In this document: piece after piece, positions 38,711-48,591 of the stretch
Layout of the letters: every line of letters begins with the position of its first letter
Numbering within the stretch: the first letter of the stretch is position 1
Source of the DNA: a phage
Length of the DNA stretch: 64,000 nt
Assembly: GCA_011939005.1 (NCBI GenBank)
Contig: GCA_011939005.1_4858.1
Direction: 5' to 3' (one strand)
The notes under the pieces: model-generated
The model's database searches: none
The model's input: the letters and a program-made list of their open reading frames with translations, nothing else
Told to the model about the DNA's origin: nothing
Translations under genes and position numbers: made by a program

Positions 38711-39550
38711 CTAGTTGTTGTAGTGCAACATACACTCGCCGATTACTTTCGGGTCGTTCTGAATGCCGGTAATCAGCAATACGTTATCGTACGCTTTATT
38801 GGCGGTCGCCAACTCACTCGTTTTGTAGCGGGTAATTGTGCAGTTCGTCGGATCAAACGACGGTACCCCACGTGCGACCAATGTGGCCATCAGATTGGAC
38901 GTGTAACCCAAATCAAAGTTACTTCCTACATCCATTCGCCCGTTCTTAAACGAGGCCATAACCTGCACTTCATCGGTAAAGTCTTCCCCGTACGTCAAGA
39001 AGCCCATGTATTTCTTACCAGTGCTTGCTGCTGCAGGGTGGTTCAAAGCCAACAAGATGTCGTTTACCACGAGGTCTTCGAGGCTATTCTTACCCCGGAT
39101 AGACATAAAGGTGATGCTGCCAGTGTATTGGATACAGCTAGCGTTAATACGCATCGTGTTGTTTACGTTCAGATAAACGTATTGTTCTGGGATATCATCT
39201 GCAACCAGGTTTAATCCATAACGACCGTTCAGGTTCTGCGCAAACGCAGTACGTTTCGACTCCACGTTCAACCAACCGTAGGCATTCGGTGCAGTTACCT
39301 GAGGTGTCATGTTCTTAAATAAGTCGTTCAGCGACAAGCGCTTATAACGGAACGTCTGGGGACCGATATAGCCACGACCTTGACGACCACGAATGATAAT
39401 CTCAGTATTGGCACCGCTTGCTGTCGGTGTGATTGCTTTCGGCGTACCGATGATAGCATTGTCTAAACCCATCGGTAGCACAGCATCCGGGTTTTCGGCA
39501 TTAATCGCATCGTACAGATATTGTCGCTGAGACAGACTATATAAAGCCAT
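38711..39550 (-). CDS. fiber-like protein (about 279 aa), N-domain paralog
   Basis: Internal ATG with RBS GAGGAGG; ends LHYNN. Confidence 0.55.
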   Translation of the reverse strand: MALYSLSQRQYLYDAINAENPDAVLPMGLDNAIIGTPKAITPTASGANTEIIIRGRQGRGYIGPQTFRYKRLSLNDLFKNMTPQVTAPNAYGWLNVESKRTAFAQNLNGRYGLNLVADDIPEQYVYLNVNNTMRINASCIQYTGSITFMSIRGKNSLEDLVVNDILLALNHPAAASTGKKYMGFLTYGEDFTDEVQVMASFKNGRMDVGSNFDLGYTSNLMATLVARGVPSFDPTNCTITRYKTSELATANKAYDNVLLITGIQNDPKVIGECMLHYNN

Positions 39551-39569
39551 AATAGCCTCCTCGGCCAAA

Positions 39570-39612
39570 AAAGAAAGGAGTAGCCGGGAGGAGGATTTCC
39601 TCCTCCCAGCGA
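39570..39612 (-). terminator. hairpin, possible intra-operon terminator/attenuator
   Basis: Stem GGGAGGAGG / CCTCCTCCC with AAAT loop; T-run follows after a short spacer on minus strand. Confidence 0.45.
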
Positions 39613-39619
39613 GGCCTAA

Positions 39620-40531
39620 TTAGGCATTAAAGTGCAGGTACATGATGCCCTGGAAGTTGGTGCACAGAGTGTCATCCAGCTGCAGCAGCAGAACCTGGTT
39701 GTAAGCAGTGTTTGCACCTTCAACCGGTTTCTTAGGTTCGTCGCCTGAAGCAGTGCCATCGTCAGTAGTAGAACCAACGTACAACACGTTAGCACCTTTC
39801 AGGTTATAATCCGCAGGCTCATCAGATGCAACCCACAGTTCCGGCACAACTTTATTCAGCTCAACCGGGAATGCAGAGTCGCCAGCGATAACACCTTTCG
39901 CCTGTACTTTCAGGAATGGTGCGATTGCTGTGCAGTCTACACCGTAAGAGTAGATGTAACCCTGACCCTTCGCTTCGCTTGGACCATCTGGGTAAACCAG
40001 GCCGTCGAGCTTGGTTTGTGTTACCACCAGACTCAGACGTTCACCAACCTGAGGCTTAGCACCGATTTTAACCGGGATGCTGCCCAGATAAGCGTAGCAG
40101 TCTTCTTTGAAGGTAATGACGTGGTCAACCGGTGCTGGGTCCGGATCGTTCGGGTTAGTCAGCGGCGGGTTGGTATTTTCCGGAATAGCCGCCGGAACAA
40201 TATCATCTTCGGTCAGTTTCAGACCGTATTGGGTGTTCAGGGTCGTCAGCAGGTCGGTGGTGGTTTTCGGCAATTTAACGTCGAGGTATGCCGTTACATT
40301 ACGGAACAGCGCACCGCCTTCCAGGCGATTATAAGTCACGTCCTGAGTACCGATGTACCCGGAGTTCTTTTTCGCAGTCAGGGTCATGCTGGTATTGCGA
40401 TCAGCACCTTCATCGCTAATAGGGGTCGGTGTGCCGAGCGTTATTTTAGAAAGTTCCAGTTCTGCGTCTGGGTTTTTCTCATTAATAAAATCCAGAACCA
40501 GCTTATCTGACGTTTTGTTTAAAGGTTTCAT
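39620..40531 (-). CDS. fiber-like protein (303 aa), N-domain paralog
   Basis: RBS AAGGAAG; ends LHFNA. Confidence 0.55.
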   Translation of the reverse strand: MKPLNKTSDKLVLDFINEKNPDAELELSKITLGTPTPISDEGADRNTSMTLTAKKNSGYIGTQDVTYNRLEGGALFRNVTAYLDVKLPKTTTDLLTTLNTQYGLKLTEDDIVPAAIPENTNPPLTNPNDPDPAPVDHVITFKEDCYAYLGSIPVKIGAKPQVGERLSLVVTQTKLDGLVYPDGPSEAKGQGYIYSYGVDCTAIAPFLKVQAKGVIAGDSAFPVELNKVVPELWVASDEPADYNLKGANVLYVGSTTDDGTASGDEPKKPVEGANTAYNQVLLLQLDDTLCTNFQGIMYLHFNA

Positions 40532-40552
40532 TCTTACTTCCTTTACTCAGGA

Positions 40553-41398
40553 TTAATCAGGGTCGTTGTAATGCAAATACAAACGCCCGCCAAAATTCAG
40601 ACAGTACAACGACAGCTCCACAATCAGCACGTTGTCGACTGCTGGGTTGGTTGGTAATTCCGCTTTGTTACGCCCGTTATAGACGACGACGGCTTCACGA
40701 AGGTTAAAGTCGATTGGGTTACGGTACGTTGTCCAGTTATCACCGGTGACCGTTTTGAGAATCTGCGCCAGACGTTCTGCGGTTATCGCAGCACCTAGTC
40801 GTTGAAATTCCTCCGCGAAATTATCAAAGCGCCAGGGATACGAATAAACTGCACCTTGACCGACCTTGATGTTAAAATACGGATACTCGTAAGGCATCAC
40901 TGTTAACGGTTCGAAGTTTGCAGGAAGCAACGCATCGCCTGGTAACAGCTGTACCTGTTGTTGCCCTATCCAACCTAAAGAAGAGGGCGTGGCAATCAGA
41001 TCCACACGCCATGTCTTCCTGTCGATTTCGGTATTCACCACATCTGCAGGTTTAAGGCTGAGACCGTAATACTGGTTAATTAACCCGACCACGTCATGCA
41101 TCTGGTAAACAGCATCGAGACGTGCAGGAACACGTAAAGGTTGAATCCCGTCTGGGTCGGTAAACATGTCTGCGAAGTCAACACGATCGTAATAGACGGT
41201 AGTGGCACCGATAGCATTAGCCGTGGCCAATGCCTGAATGCGCACCATCGCGTTGTGACCGTTAGCTTTTGCCAAGTCTTCGTCAGACGTTGGAATCGCA
41301 GGGACACCAAAAACAACATCCTCGACTTTTAAATCGAGATTGTTTTCGACGTTAACTTCCGCGATAATAATCTTTTCAGCTGTGGCTAAAAGTGGCAT
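40553..41398 (-). CDS. fiber-like protein (281 aa), N-domain paralog
   Basis: RBS AAGGA; ends LHYNDPD. Confidence 0.55.
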   Translation of the reverse strand: MPLLATAEKIIIAEVNVENNLDLKVEDVVFGVPAIPTSDEDLAKANGHNAMVRIQALATANAIGATTVYYDRVDFADMFTDPDGIQPLRVPARLDAVYQMHDVVGLINQYYGLSLKPADVVNTEIDRKTWRVDLIATPSSLGWIGQQQVQLLPGDALLPANFEPLTVMPYEYPYFNIKVGQGAVYSYPWRFDNFAEEFQRLGAAITAERLAQILKTVTGDNWTTYRNPIDFNLREAVVVYNGRNKAELPTNPAVDNVLIVELSLYCLNFGGRLYLHYNDPD

Positions 41399-41408
41399 GT
41401 CAAAATCC

Positions 41409-42251
41409 TTATATCGGGAGATAATGAAGGATGAGATTACCGGCGTAGTTGCTGTCCGCAGCTAGCTTGATAATCGCCACACGCTGATAATCGGGGTTGT
41501 AACTATCGTTCGGTGTGACTGAAGTTATCCCCATAAATCGTGCACCTTGGAGTGCAATTTGTTCAGGTTGCGCATTCGCCCCCGTCACATATGCAAACTT
41601 TAATGGCACCACTTCATTCAACAACTCAACATCCGCTGCAGTGATTGCACGGTTGTAAACCCAATCGGTGGTGAACTGTTTTTGCAGTTCAGTCCAATCG
41701 TAACCATACGCCACATACTCGGCCTGTGGTTTACTAGCAACCACGAACGGTGCGATTATTGCGCTGAGGTCAACATCCGTCACCACATCCGCCAAGTTCG
41801 GGAAGAACTTCGCAAAGCGTAAACGGAAACCACCTTGCCAGGCCAAGCAACCGGGCTTAATAGTCACATCGATTAACCAGCTTTCTCCCAAATCTTTTAC
41901 TGACTGGTCAACGATATCGTCGGCAACTAAAGACAAGCCGTATTTCGCATTCAGAAACGGCAACAACTCAGAGAGTTTATTTACCGGGTCGGCAACGACT
42001 ACCGGTATTACGTTCCTGAACAGAATTTCCATTTCGATACGGTCGTATTCGAGCGTAACGTTGCCTTTGTAGCCCTTGCCGTTCAACCCGTATAAGAGCA
42101 CACGTGTATTCCGGTCAGCGCCAGGCGTTTGGACAGACTCAGGGAAGCCAGTTGCAACCTGCTCCCATGTGAGTGGATTGGCCGTTAATCCGTTCTGTCG
42201 GTTAATAGCATCTAACAACATCTCTTTCGAGGGCTTATCGTAAATAGACAC
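41409..42251 (-). CDS. fiber-like protein (280 aa), N-domain paralog
   Basis: Apparent GTG start with AGGAGG RBS overlapping upstream stop. Confidence 0.55.
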   Translation of the reverse strand: MSIYDKPSKEMLLDAINRQNGLTANPLTWEQVATGFPESVQTPGADRNTRVLLYGLNGKGYKGNVTLEYDRIEMEILFRNVIPVVVADPVNKLSELLPFLNAKYGLSLVADDIVDQSVKDLGESWLIDVTIKPGCLAWQGGFRLRFAKFFPNLADVVTDVDLSAIIAPFVVASKPQAEYVAYGYDWTELQKQFTTDWVYNRAITAADVELLNEVVPLKFAYVTGANAQPEQIALQGARFMGITSVTPNDSYNPDYQRVAIIKLAADSNYAGNLILHYLPI

Positions 42252-42261
42252 CTATACCCTC

Positions 42262-43059
42262 CTAGTTGTTAAAGTGTAAGTTGAGGCTGCCCTGGAAGTT
42301 CGTACATTTATCGGTCAGTTGCACTGACACGACTTTCGCGAACGCCGTATTTGCTCCCGGTAAGTCTGCAGGTACGCCGTCGAATACGACAGTAGCACCA
42401 CGCAAGTTATACGGGGATGGGGTATCTTCAGCCACCCAAATCTCAGGAACACATTTGTTGAGTTCGATTGCTAACGCCGTGTCATCTACTTCGATACCGA
42501 CCGCTAAGAGGCTCAGGAAACGAGAGATGTGGCTACAATCGATGTCGCGCGAATAGATATACGCCTGACCCAACTGGATGTCCTGGTGATCCGGGTACAG
42601 AAGACCGCTCAACTCTGTATTGGTTATTACTTCTGCCAGAGGTGTAGCAGGTTTCAGCTCGATGACCGCTTGACTTCGCCACTCGTGGGAAGTTTCAACA
42701 GCAACGACTGTGTGAGTCTGTCCATCAATGGGGTTATCTTCGATATCCTCAGGTAAGATAGACAGATTAAAACGCTCGTTAATCGCCGCGAGTAAGTCGT
42801 GCGTGGTATGCACATCTTCATCGCCAAAGGCAACATCGCCTGTAAGGTAGTCCTCTAATGGACGACGATGATAGTCCACAATCACTTGCGTACCTTCATC
42901 ACCGCGCATTTTCGAGGTTAGTACCACCTCCGAATCACGACCGTCTACTGACACAACCTCCGGCAGTCCGATATCAACATCGTCAAAGGTAAGCGGTGGG
43001 CTTATCTTATTCTCTTCGTTGATGAGTTTTAGCAGATTCTGTTTTGAAGTAAAAGACAT
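42262..43059 (-). CDS. fiber-like protein (265 aa), first gene of the paralog array
   Basis: Starts MSFTSKQNLLKLINEEN; ends LHFNN. Confidence 0.55.
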   Translation of the reverse strand: MSFTSKQNLLKLINEENKISPPLTFDDVDIGLPEVVSVDGRDSEVVLTSKMRGDEGTQVIVDYHRRPLEDYLTGDVAFGDEDVHTTHDLLAAINERFNLSILPEDIEDNPIDGQTHTVVAVETSHEWRSQAVIELKPATPLAEVITNTELSGLLYPDHQDIQLGQAYIYSRDIDCSHISRFLSLLAVGIEVDDTALAIELNKCVPEIWVAEDTPSPYNLRGATVVFDGVPADLPGANTAFAKVVSVQLTDKCTNFQGSLNLHFNN

Positions 43060-43184
43060 CGCGTTAACTCGAGTTAAGGGATTATTGAGGTCGTAAGATT
43101 TTTAGACCTCCTGCCAGCATATTAAAAGCGTAGAGCGTACCAGAATCCGAACAAGAGCAAACAAAAAGAAAAGGAAACAAAAAA

Positions 43185-43215
43185 AGAAGGGGAGCCGAAG
43201 CTCCCTTTTCTTCAC
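43185..43215 (-). terminator. rho-independent terminator
   Basis: Stem GGGAGC / GCTCCC around a 4-nt loop with flanking T/A runs. Confidence 0.55.
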
Positions 43216-43236
43216 GACTATATCCTCAATCGTCGA

Positions 43237-43455
43237 TTAACAGACCCACACAAGGCCGTTATTCTTTGGGCGGTCTTTAACACCATAGGTTACTTCAACA
43301 TTGTCAATCGTTTTCTCGTCGTCTTTCATTGTATTCATGAAAGCTTTGGCTTCTGCTGCAGACATTTTCAGCAGCAGGTCAATCATGTCGGGCTTACGTT
43401 TGGCTGCGGTTTCAACAACAGGTTTGATTTCAGATTTGGAGAACAGGTTGCGCAT
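43237..43455 (-). CDS. small hypothetical protein (72 aa)
   Basis: ORF with downstream terminator; no motif. Confidence 0.4.
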   Translation of the reverse strand: MRNLFSKSEIKPVVETAAKRKPDMIDLLLKMSAAEAKAFMNTMKDDEKTIDNVEVTYGVKDRPKNNGLVWVC

Positions 43456-43516
43456 GGGATATTCCTTTTTTGTAGATTGCGGGTGAATTGGCGGGACTTT
43501 GCCCGCCGGGTTATTA

Positions 43517-43963
43517 TTAGTGTACTTCTTTTTCTAAACGCAGGCGATGTGTTGCTAAGGCAACCGCGCGGTTTTCGAATTCAAGACTGAATGGGCTGAT
43601 TTGTGCCATGTATTTCTTTACGACATCGTCAGAGACAACTTGACGACGATAATCACGAATCATTTCAGCAAAGCTGCTAGTAGGAAGTTCGTCGTATTCG
43701 ATTTCCATACCACGTCTATTGATGTAGTACGAAGCAATCATGTCGTTAAACATTACATCGCCGGCTTCACCTAGAGGGAACTCGTCACGTGTGGGTTCCG
43801 TAGTCTGGAACGTGGCTTCTTTGGCGTTGGCGATAATCTCTTCGAAGTCCTCAGTAGTGAATTCGCTAGGGTCTTGTTTGTTGGCCGCCATCACGATTAG
43901 GAAAGAAATCATAATCGGGTTTTTGCTAGCGTATTTAGTAAGTTCGTTATTCAGAATGTACAT
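43517..43963 (-). CDS. hypothetical protein (148 aa)
   Basis: RBS TAAGGAG; promoter-like motif about 70 nt upstream. Confidence 0.5.
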   Translation of the reverse strand: MYILNNELTKYASKNPIMISFLIVMAANKQDPSEFTTEDFEEIIANAKEATFQTTEPTRDEFPLGEAGDVMFNDMIASYYINRRGMEIEYDELPTSSFAEMIRDYRRQVVSDDVVKKYMAQISPFSLEFENRAVALATHRLRLEKEVH

Positions 43964-44023
43964 GTTAAAACTCCTTAAGATAATGGTCGATTAGATAAGA
44001 GTTAATTGTTAACTCTCACCTAA

Positions 44024-44047
44024 GTAATATATATCTGAAAATAATTG
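44024..44047 (-). promoter_or_regulatory. promoter-like motif, copy 1 (minus-strand reading TTTTCAGATATATATTACTT)
   Basis: Shares TTTCAGATA.AT.TTA core with two other intergenic sites; contains -10-like TATATT; lies between a terminator and an RBS/ATG. Confidence 0.4.
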
Positions 44048-44059
44048 TAATCGGACTAG

Positions 44060-44105
44060 GCAAAAAAAAGAAGAAACCCTACTCCCGAAGGAGTAGGGTA
44101 CTGCT
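44060..44105 (-). terminator. rho-independent terminator
   Basis: Stem CCCTACTCC / GGAGTAGGG around CGAA, T-run on minus strand. Confidence 0.65.
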
Positions 44106-44135
44106 TTATTCGCTACCCTTGGGATAAGCGTCATC

Positions 44136-44564
44136 CTAGTTGATGTGGAGTAGAGTGTCCTTCAACGCCTTCTGCTTTTCGTACGACTGACGACACAAGG
44201 AAGTCAGCGTCGAATACGCCGTGCCGGTACGCACCGGTAATTCGCCACCCGCTTCGGTGGGTTCTGTACGAACAAAAGACCCTTCTTCAAACGGCGGCGC
44301 TGCGTGTGGGAAGTTCTTTTTCATGTATCGCTTATACCAGCCGGCCACAACACGGATAACTTTTGGCATCTGAGATCGTCGGTCACGTACTTTCTTCCCG
44401 TGCATCTGATTCATCTCGGAAGACATGCATAGCGAGGTGTACTGACTGAATCCGTCACTGACCCACTTACCGTCCTGGACCAGTAATTTCTTACCAACTG
44501 CTACAGCGATTCTCGGAGAGAAAATGACCGCACCATCTTTACGTTTCTTAGGCTTAAGCATCAT
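44136..44564 (-). CDS. hypothetical protein (142 aa)
   Basis: ORF in minus-strand operon. Confidence 0.45.
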   Translation of the reverse strand: MMLKPKKRKDGAVIFSPRIAVAVGKKLLVQDGKWVSDGFSQYTSLCMSSEMNQMHGKKVRDRRSQMPKVIRVVAGWYKRYMKKNFPHAAPPFEEGSFVRTEPTEAGGELPVRTGTAYSTLTSLCRQSYEKQKALKDTLLHIN

Positions 44565-45357
44565 TATCGTCCTTGTATAGGGAGTCGTAAGGGCTGTTAG
44601 TGTTCATGTTAAATTCTTGTTCTACTTCAGGATGTTGTGAAAGGGAATCCAGAAAGATCGGTTGATATCCACCCTCTGTACGTTTCTTTATCATTTCAAG
44701 GAACGACTTTCCATCAGGAACATCAGGTGTTGATACTAACACCGTGTCAGAGACTGTCGGTAAACGCGCGCAGCCTTCAGTGTTCAGCTGTAGTACCGCG
44801 TCTGGTGCGATGTGTCTGATGTTAGGAAACTTCAACGCGATCTCTTCCATCTTCGCTTTCAATGCATCACCGTTTAGCAGCGGTACAGTCGGCGTCATAT
44901 AAGCGAACTCAACATCTCGATCGGCCACATAATCGCGTAAGTGTTTTCGGGCTGCTACTGTAGCAGAAACTTGCTCTTTATTAGCGTTTATGCCGATGTC
45001 ATTAAAGCGTTTTAGTTTGTCTAAGAAAACGCTAATGTTTTCCTTCGGCATAGGGCGTGGGAACTTACGCAGAAAATAAAGTTGTTCGCGGCCAGGCACC
45101 CAGCTGAGTACCCAGCACGCTTTTAGTGTACGGAAGATATCACGATAGGGTTTCTTCTCTTGAAAGAAATCCCCTTTTAACTGGCAACGGTCTTCAACCA
45201 TTGCCTGGAGTTGGGTGGCTACGTTGGCCATTGCCGACCAGGTGATAAGACGACTACGGTGTTTACCCACGTAGAGACGTCCACCTGTAACACGATGGGA
45301 CTGTGGATGTACTATTTTGACAAACTGTAATCTTTTCTGTTTGCGTGGCTTTAACAT
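44554..45357 (-). CDS. hypothetical protein (about 267 aa)
   Basis: Internal ATG (MLKPRKQ) with GGAG RBS. Confidence 0.5.
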   Translation of the reverse strand: MLKPRKQKRLQFVKIVHPQSHRVTGGRLYVGKHRSRLITWSAMANVATQLQAMVEDRCQLKGDFFQEKKPYRDIFRTLKACWVLSWVPGREQLYFLRKFPRPMPKENISVFLDKLKRFNDIGINANKEQVSATVAARKHLRDYVADRDVEFAYMTPTVPLLNGDALKAKMEEIALKFPNIRHIAPDAVLQLNTEGCARLPTVSDTVLVSTPDVPDGKSFLEMIKKRTEGGYQPIFLDSLSQHPEVEQEFNMNTNSPYDSLYKDDNDA

Positions 45358-45434
45358 TTTAATACTCCTTATGGTCGTAACTAATTTGAAACTGTTGCTT
45401 TTAAGGATTAACGAACAGCCTGCCAACCTCTAAT

Positions 45435-45851
45435 TTACTCATCTTTTACCTCGAAACCGTGACTACGGAAATACTCGATGGCCGCAGAACGTTTACCTAC
45501 ACAGGAGAGTTTTTCATAGAGCAACTCAAGGAGTGTTTTTGGTTCCCAACGTTGCTCTATGAAATAGATTAGGGCACCCAGGTTCCGTCCTAACATCTTG
45601 TCACGCAGATCCGCATCTCGTCGGGCATCTCGTAGTTCGTCTTCGAGTTTTCGGTTCTTAGACTGTTCCTCAGAAAGTAATCGGGTAAGTTTGCGTTGTT
45701 CTTCGAATGCTGCTAACAGGTTCCGTTCCCAAACTTCTTTGGACGCTTTCAACTCAATTTTTGCGATGTCGAGTTCCATTTCCAGCAACTCTACTTGCTG
45801 CCGCAATTGTCTCCTCTCCCGGAACACTCCGAACATGTTTTCTCCTTGCAA
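45435..45851 (-). CDS. hypothetical coiled-coil protein (138 aa)
   Basis: Charged heptad-like region (ELLEMELDIAKIELKASKE...). Confidence 0.45.
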   Translation of the reverse strand: MQGENMFGVFRERRQLRQQVELLEMELDIAKIELKASKEVWERNLLAAFEEQRKLTRLLSEEQSKNRKLEDELRDARRDADLRDKMLGRNLGALIYFIEQRWEPKTLLELLYEKLSCVGKRSAAIEYFRSHGFEVKDE

Positions 45852-45901
45852 TAGCCCTGTCGATTCTGTTACGAATTTCTGCTAACGTTAACGGTTCCCA
45901 C

Positions 45902-46222
45902 TTAAAATCCATTGCGACCTCCTTGTGCGATGTATAACGCACATTTCGCATTGAGTGCTTCGATATTAGCGATAAGTATCATCACCCCGCCGAGTGTTCG
46001 TGGTACGCGAACTGCTTCGTACTCGCGACTTTGTGTACGGACACAATACTCATCGCCCAGAAACGCGATTTCGTAATACTCAGCGCGTAGCGGCACAAAT
46101 GACTGCAGCAACATATCTGCGGTTTGATAGTCGTCAGTCAGTTTCCCGCCCTCGAGTAAATATTTCTGAATCTCGTGAATGGTCAATCCCTGTAATGAAA
46201 TAGACACCGGCTTCTCCTTCAT
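45902..46222 (-). CDS. hypothetical protein (106 aa)
   Basis: ORF; overlaps the 3' end of 46134-46565, so start/extent uncertain. Confidence 0.35.
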   Translation of the reverse strand: MKEKPVSISLQGLTIHEIQKYLLEGGKLTDDYQTADMLLQSFVPLRAEYYEIAFLGDEYCVRTQSREYEAVRVPRTLGGVMILIANIEALNAKCALYIAQGGRNGF

Positions 46223-46565
46223 GGTCGATTAATAACAGTTCAGGTGGCACGTCATAGTCGATGGGTGCGGACTCCTCCATCACGCTATACAATCGCTGAT
46301 AGAACCCTCTGGAGGTTTCCAGGTGCCCTCTTGACACGTGTCTGACATGCGGTGTATTAGGATGATAAAACTCGCCGTAGGTTATCGCTAACTCGACAAA
46401 CCATAGACATAGTTCTCTTGGCCCGTATCGGTTATAAAACTTTATCACCCCAACATCAAACATCTTGTTGTAATGCGGTAAATCGCGATAACGAAGTTTT
46501 AGTGTACCTACACCGATGCGTTGAAGCTCGATAGAGATAGCTACGTCTATGGTTAACATTATCAA
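46134..46565 (-). CDS. hypothetical protein (143 aa)
   Basis: ORF in operon. Confidence 0.45.
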   Translation of the reverse strand: MIMLTIDVAISIELQRIGVGTLKLRYRDLPHYNKMFDVGVIKFYNRYGPRELCLWFVELAITYGEFYHPNTPHVRHVSRGHLETSRGFYQRLYSVMEESAPIDYDVPPELLLIDHEGEAGVYFITGIDHSRDSEIFTRGRETD

Positions 46566-46582
46566 TTACCCTTATCTACCGA

Positions 46583-46966
46583 TCAGTTAAATCCGGTATA
46601 TTCGTTGATGCTACCGTCCTTGATATACACGCCTGGCGTCAGTGCAACTTTACGTGGATCGTTATCAGCACGCTCGCCGTTACACTGAACGTTCCACTCG
46701 TTGACTAAGCGCTCCATTTCGCGCGATGCATATAGGCGCACGTCTGTAACCAGCTCGCTGGCCTCACCCAGATGCGTTGCGTGAAGCACGCTGTTCTCCA
46801 GGCTGTAGAGTTTAGCGAGCAGGATTTTGTTAAGTTCTAACGCTGCTTTTGCAACGAGTGCATACCCTTGACGTTGTCCGTCTGTGCTTGCATTCAGTAA
46901 CGTCAGCTGATGGTTTTTCATGTGTTCGATTGCCAGTGCTAAGTCGGTGTTCATTGGCATTTCCAT
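46583..46966 (-). CDS. hypothetical protein (127 aa)
   Basis: ORF in operon. Confidence 0.45.
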   Translation of the reverse strand: MEMPMNTDLALAIEHMKNHQLTLLNASTDGQRQGYALVAKAALELNKILLAKLYSLENSVLHATHLGEASELVTDVRLYASREMERLVNEWNVQCNGERADNDPRKVALTPGVYIKDGSINEYTGFN

Positions 46967-47286
46967 TAGTATTTATCCTCACGTTTGCTAAACTCTTCTA
47001 ACATCTCGTCGTACACATTCCTGGTATCTTTCAATCCCTGGACGGCCGCGTCATAGACGCGACGCGCAGGAGACGTAAGATGGTAGTGTCCAATACGTTC
47101 GATGATATCGTGGCACCGGCTAATGTGCGTGCAAAGCCTACTCGCGTTAACACCCAGTTTCGCGAGGTCGTGTCTTAACTGCAAGTTATCGGCCTGTACA
47201 CGACGGTTAGCGGCAGCCAATTCTCGGTTTTCTTCGTACAGTTGTTTTTGTCGCTTGTTAATCAGCGCAAGTAACCAGTTCAACAT
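46966..47286 (-). CDS. hypothetical protein (106 aa)
   Basis: ORF; stop/start overlap with neighbour. Confidence 0.45.
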   Translation of the reverse strand: MLNWLLALINKRQKQLYEENRELAAANRRVQADNLQLRHDLAKLGVNASRLCTHISRCHDIIERIGHYHLTSPARRVYDAAVQGLKDTRNVYDEMLEEFSKREDKY

Positions 47287-47296
47287 CCTGTCCCCC

Positions 47297-47815
47297 TTAA
47301 CGCTTCAGATAGATAACGTTATGGTTTTCGTATTTCGCATCTACCCAGGAAAATTCCCAGTAGTGGCGAGGCCGATCAGCAATTTTCATGTCCAGTTCCA
47401 GGATACCATCTAAAGGTACCTGTCTGAGCACCTCTACGATGCTCTGTAGCTCGTTACGAGGCCGGTCGTGGATTAGCTCCAGATAACGCTCCAAACGCGC
47501 AGGCGTCGCTACAGTGCGAATATGGGTACGTTTATCGTCATCGTGTAAGTAGAGGAAGTTTGGTGTGCGTGGAACGTACCAGTGCCAGGTACCGATATAC
47601 GGACCAGGCTGATAATCAGACAGTTGTTTGATTGCATTTAATACCGACGAACAACGGAAATACCAGATGTCCCATTCATCACGAGGGAACAGTTCCGCGA
47701 CTTTCACTTTCAATGGGTCGATACTAATATCCCCCGCAGCCAATACTTCCGGGGCAACGCCCGATTCTAAAACGTTACGTTCCCGTTTGGTATACAGGTT
47801 CATGATAATATTCAC
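47297..47815 (-). CDS. hypothetical protein (172 aa)
   Basis: ORF in operon. Confidence 0.45.
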   Translation of the reverse strand: MNIIMNLYTKRERNVLESGVAPEVLAAGDISIDPLKVKVAELFPRDEWDIWYFRCSSVLNAIKQLSDYQPGPYIGTWHWYVPRTPNFLYLHDDDKRTHIRTVATPARLERYLELIHDRPRNELQSIVEVLRQVPLDGILELDMKIADRPRHYWEFSWVDAKYENHNVIYLKR

Positions 47816-47842
47816 TTAATGCTCCTTAGGATTTAAAATAGC

Positions 47843-48502
47843 TTATTGTTTAGCCCAGTATTCGGCTAACGTTTGGTCGCCTTTACCGATGCGAGCATGA
47901 ATGCCCATTTTACGCAGCCGGCACAGCTCAAGGGACATAGTGTTTAGTTTGATAAGATTTACGTCCGTTGGGCTCTTAAGGCAATCGTCTAATACATTAA
48001 CGAATTTATCCAGCGCCTCTTGCGGAACTTTGCCTTCTGGGTAGTCGTACAGTGTTATCACTTTAAAGGTGTAACCGTCGATATTCGACAACTGTTTTAC
48101 AGCTTCACTGATATCACGATTTATCATCGGCGTCCTATTGAGACGCATTGGTCTGGCAACACGGATTACTCTACCCATTAACCACCCCAAACCACTTACA
48201 GTGGATGCTGCGGGGACATCCAGGTTATTCATCCATAACGACAGTTTGTTCATCTTCGCCGCGGTTTCAGGACTAGGGTTATTGCGCAAGTCACTTAAAG
48301 CCATCGCATACTGGGTTGCCAGTATTTGACTGCCGTAGAAAGCACTGCGGCTTACTGGTAACGCTTCGAAGCGTGCATCGAAATTGTTTGCTTGGTTAAG
48401 TTCTTTAACAGTGCTCAGAATGGCTTCTTGCATTCGAAGTTCACCGTCGCCTTCAAGGTCAGTTGCCTGACGCAATACCGCAATGTGATAGACTTTAGAC
48501 AT
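47843..48502 (-). CDS. hypothetical protein (219 aa)
   Basis: RBS AAGGAG; promoter-like motif about 75 nt upstream. Confidence 0.5.
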   Translation of the reverse strand: MSKVYHIAVLRQATDLEGDGELRMQEAILSTVKELNQANNFDARFEALPVSRSAFYGSQILATQYAMALSDLRNNPSPETAAKMNKLSLWMNNLDVPAASTVSGLGWLMGRVIRVARPMRLNRTPMINRDISEAVKQLSNIDGYTFKVITLYDYPEGKVPQEALDKFVNVLDDCLKSPTDVNLIKLNTMSLELCRLRKMGIHARIGKGDQTLAEYWAKQ

Positions 48503-48568
48503 TTTAAGTGCTCCTTAATACATGACATAAGCTCTGATTGAAACGTAAATTTCAGAGGTTCACTGAGA

Positions 48569-48590
48569 TAACATCTATCTGAAATAAAAT
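48569..48590 (-). promoter_or_regulatory. promoter-like motif, copy 2 (minus-strand TTTCAGATAGATGTTATCTCAGTGAACCT)
   Basis: Near-identical to copy 3 over about 25 nt; TG.TAT extended -10-like element. Confidence 0.45.
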
Positions 48591-48591
48591 A

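Noticed and set aside
43060-43236. Possible late promoter upstream of the paralog array
   Set aside because: No T4-type TATAAATA or other recognisable consensus found by eye; left unannotated.
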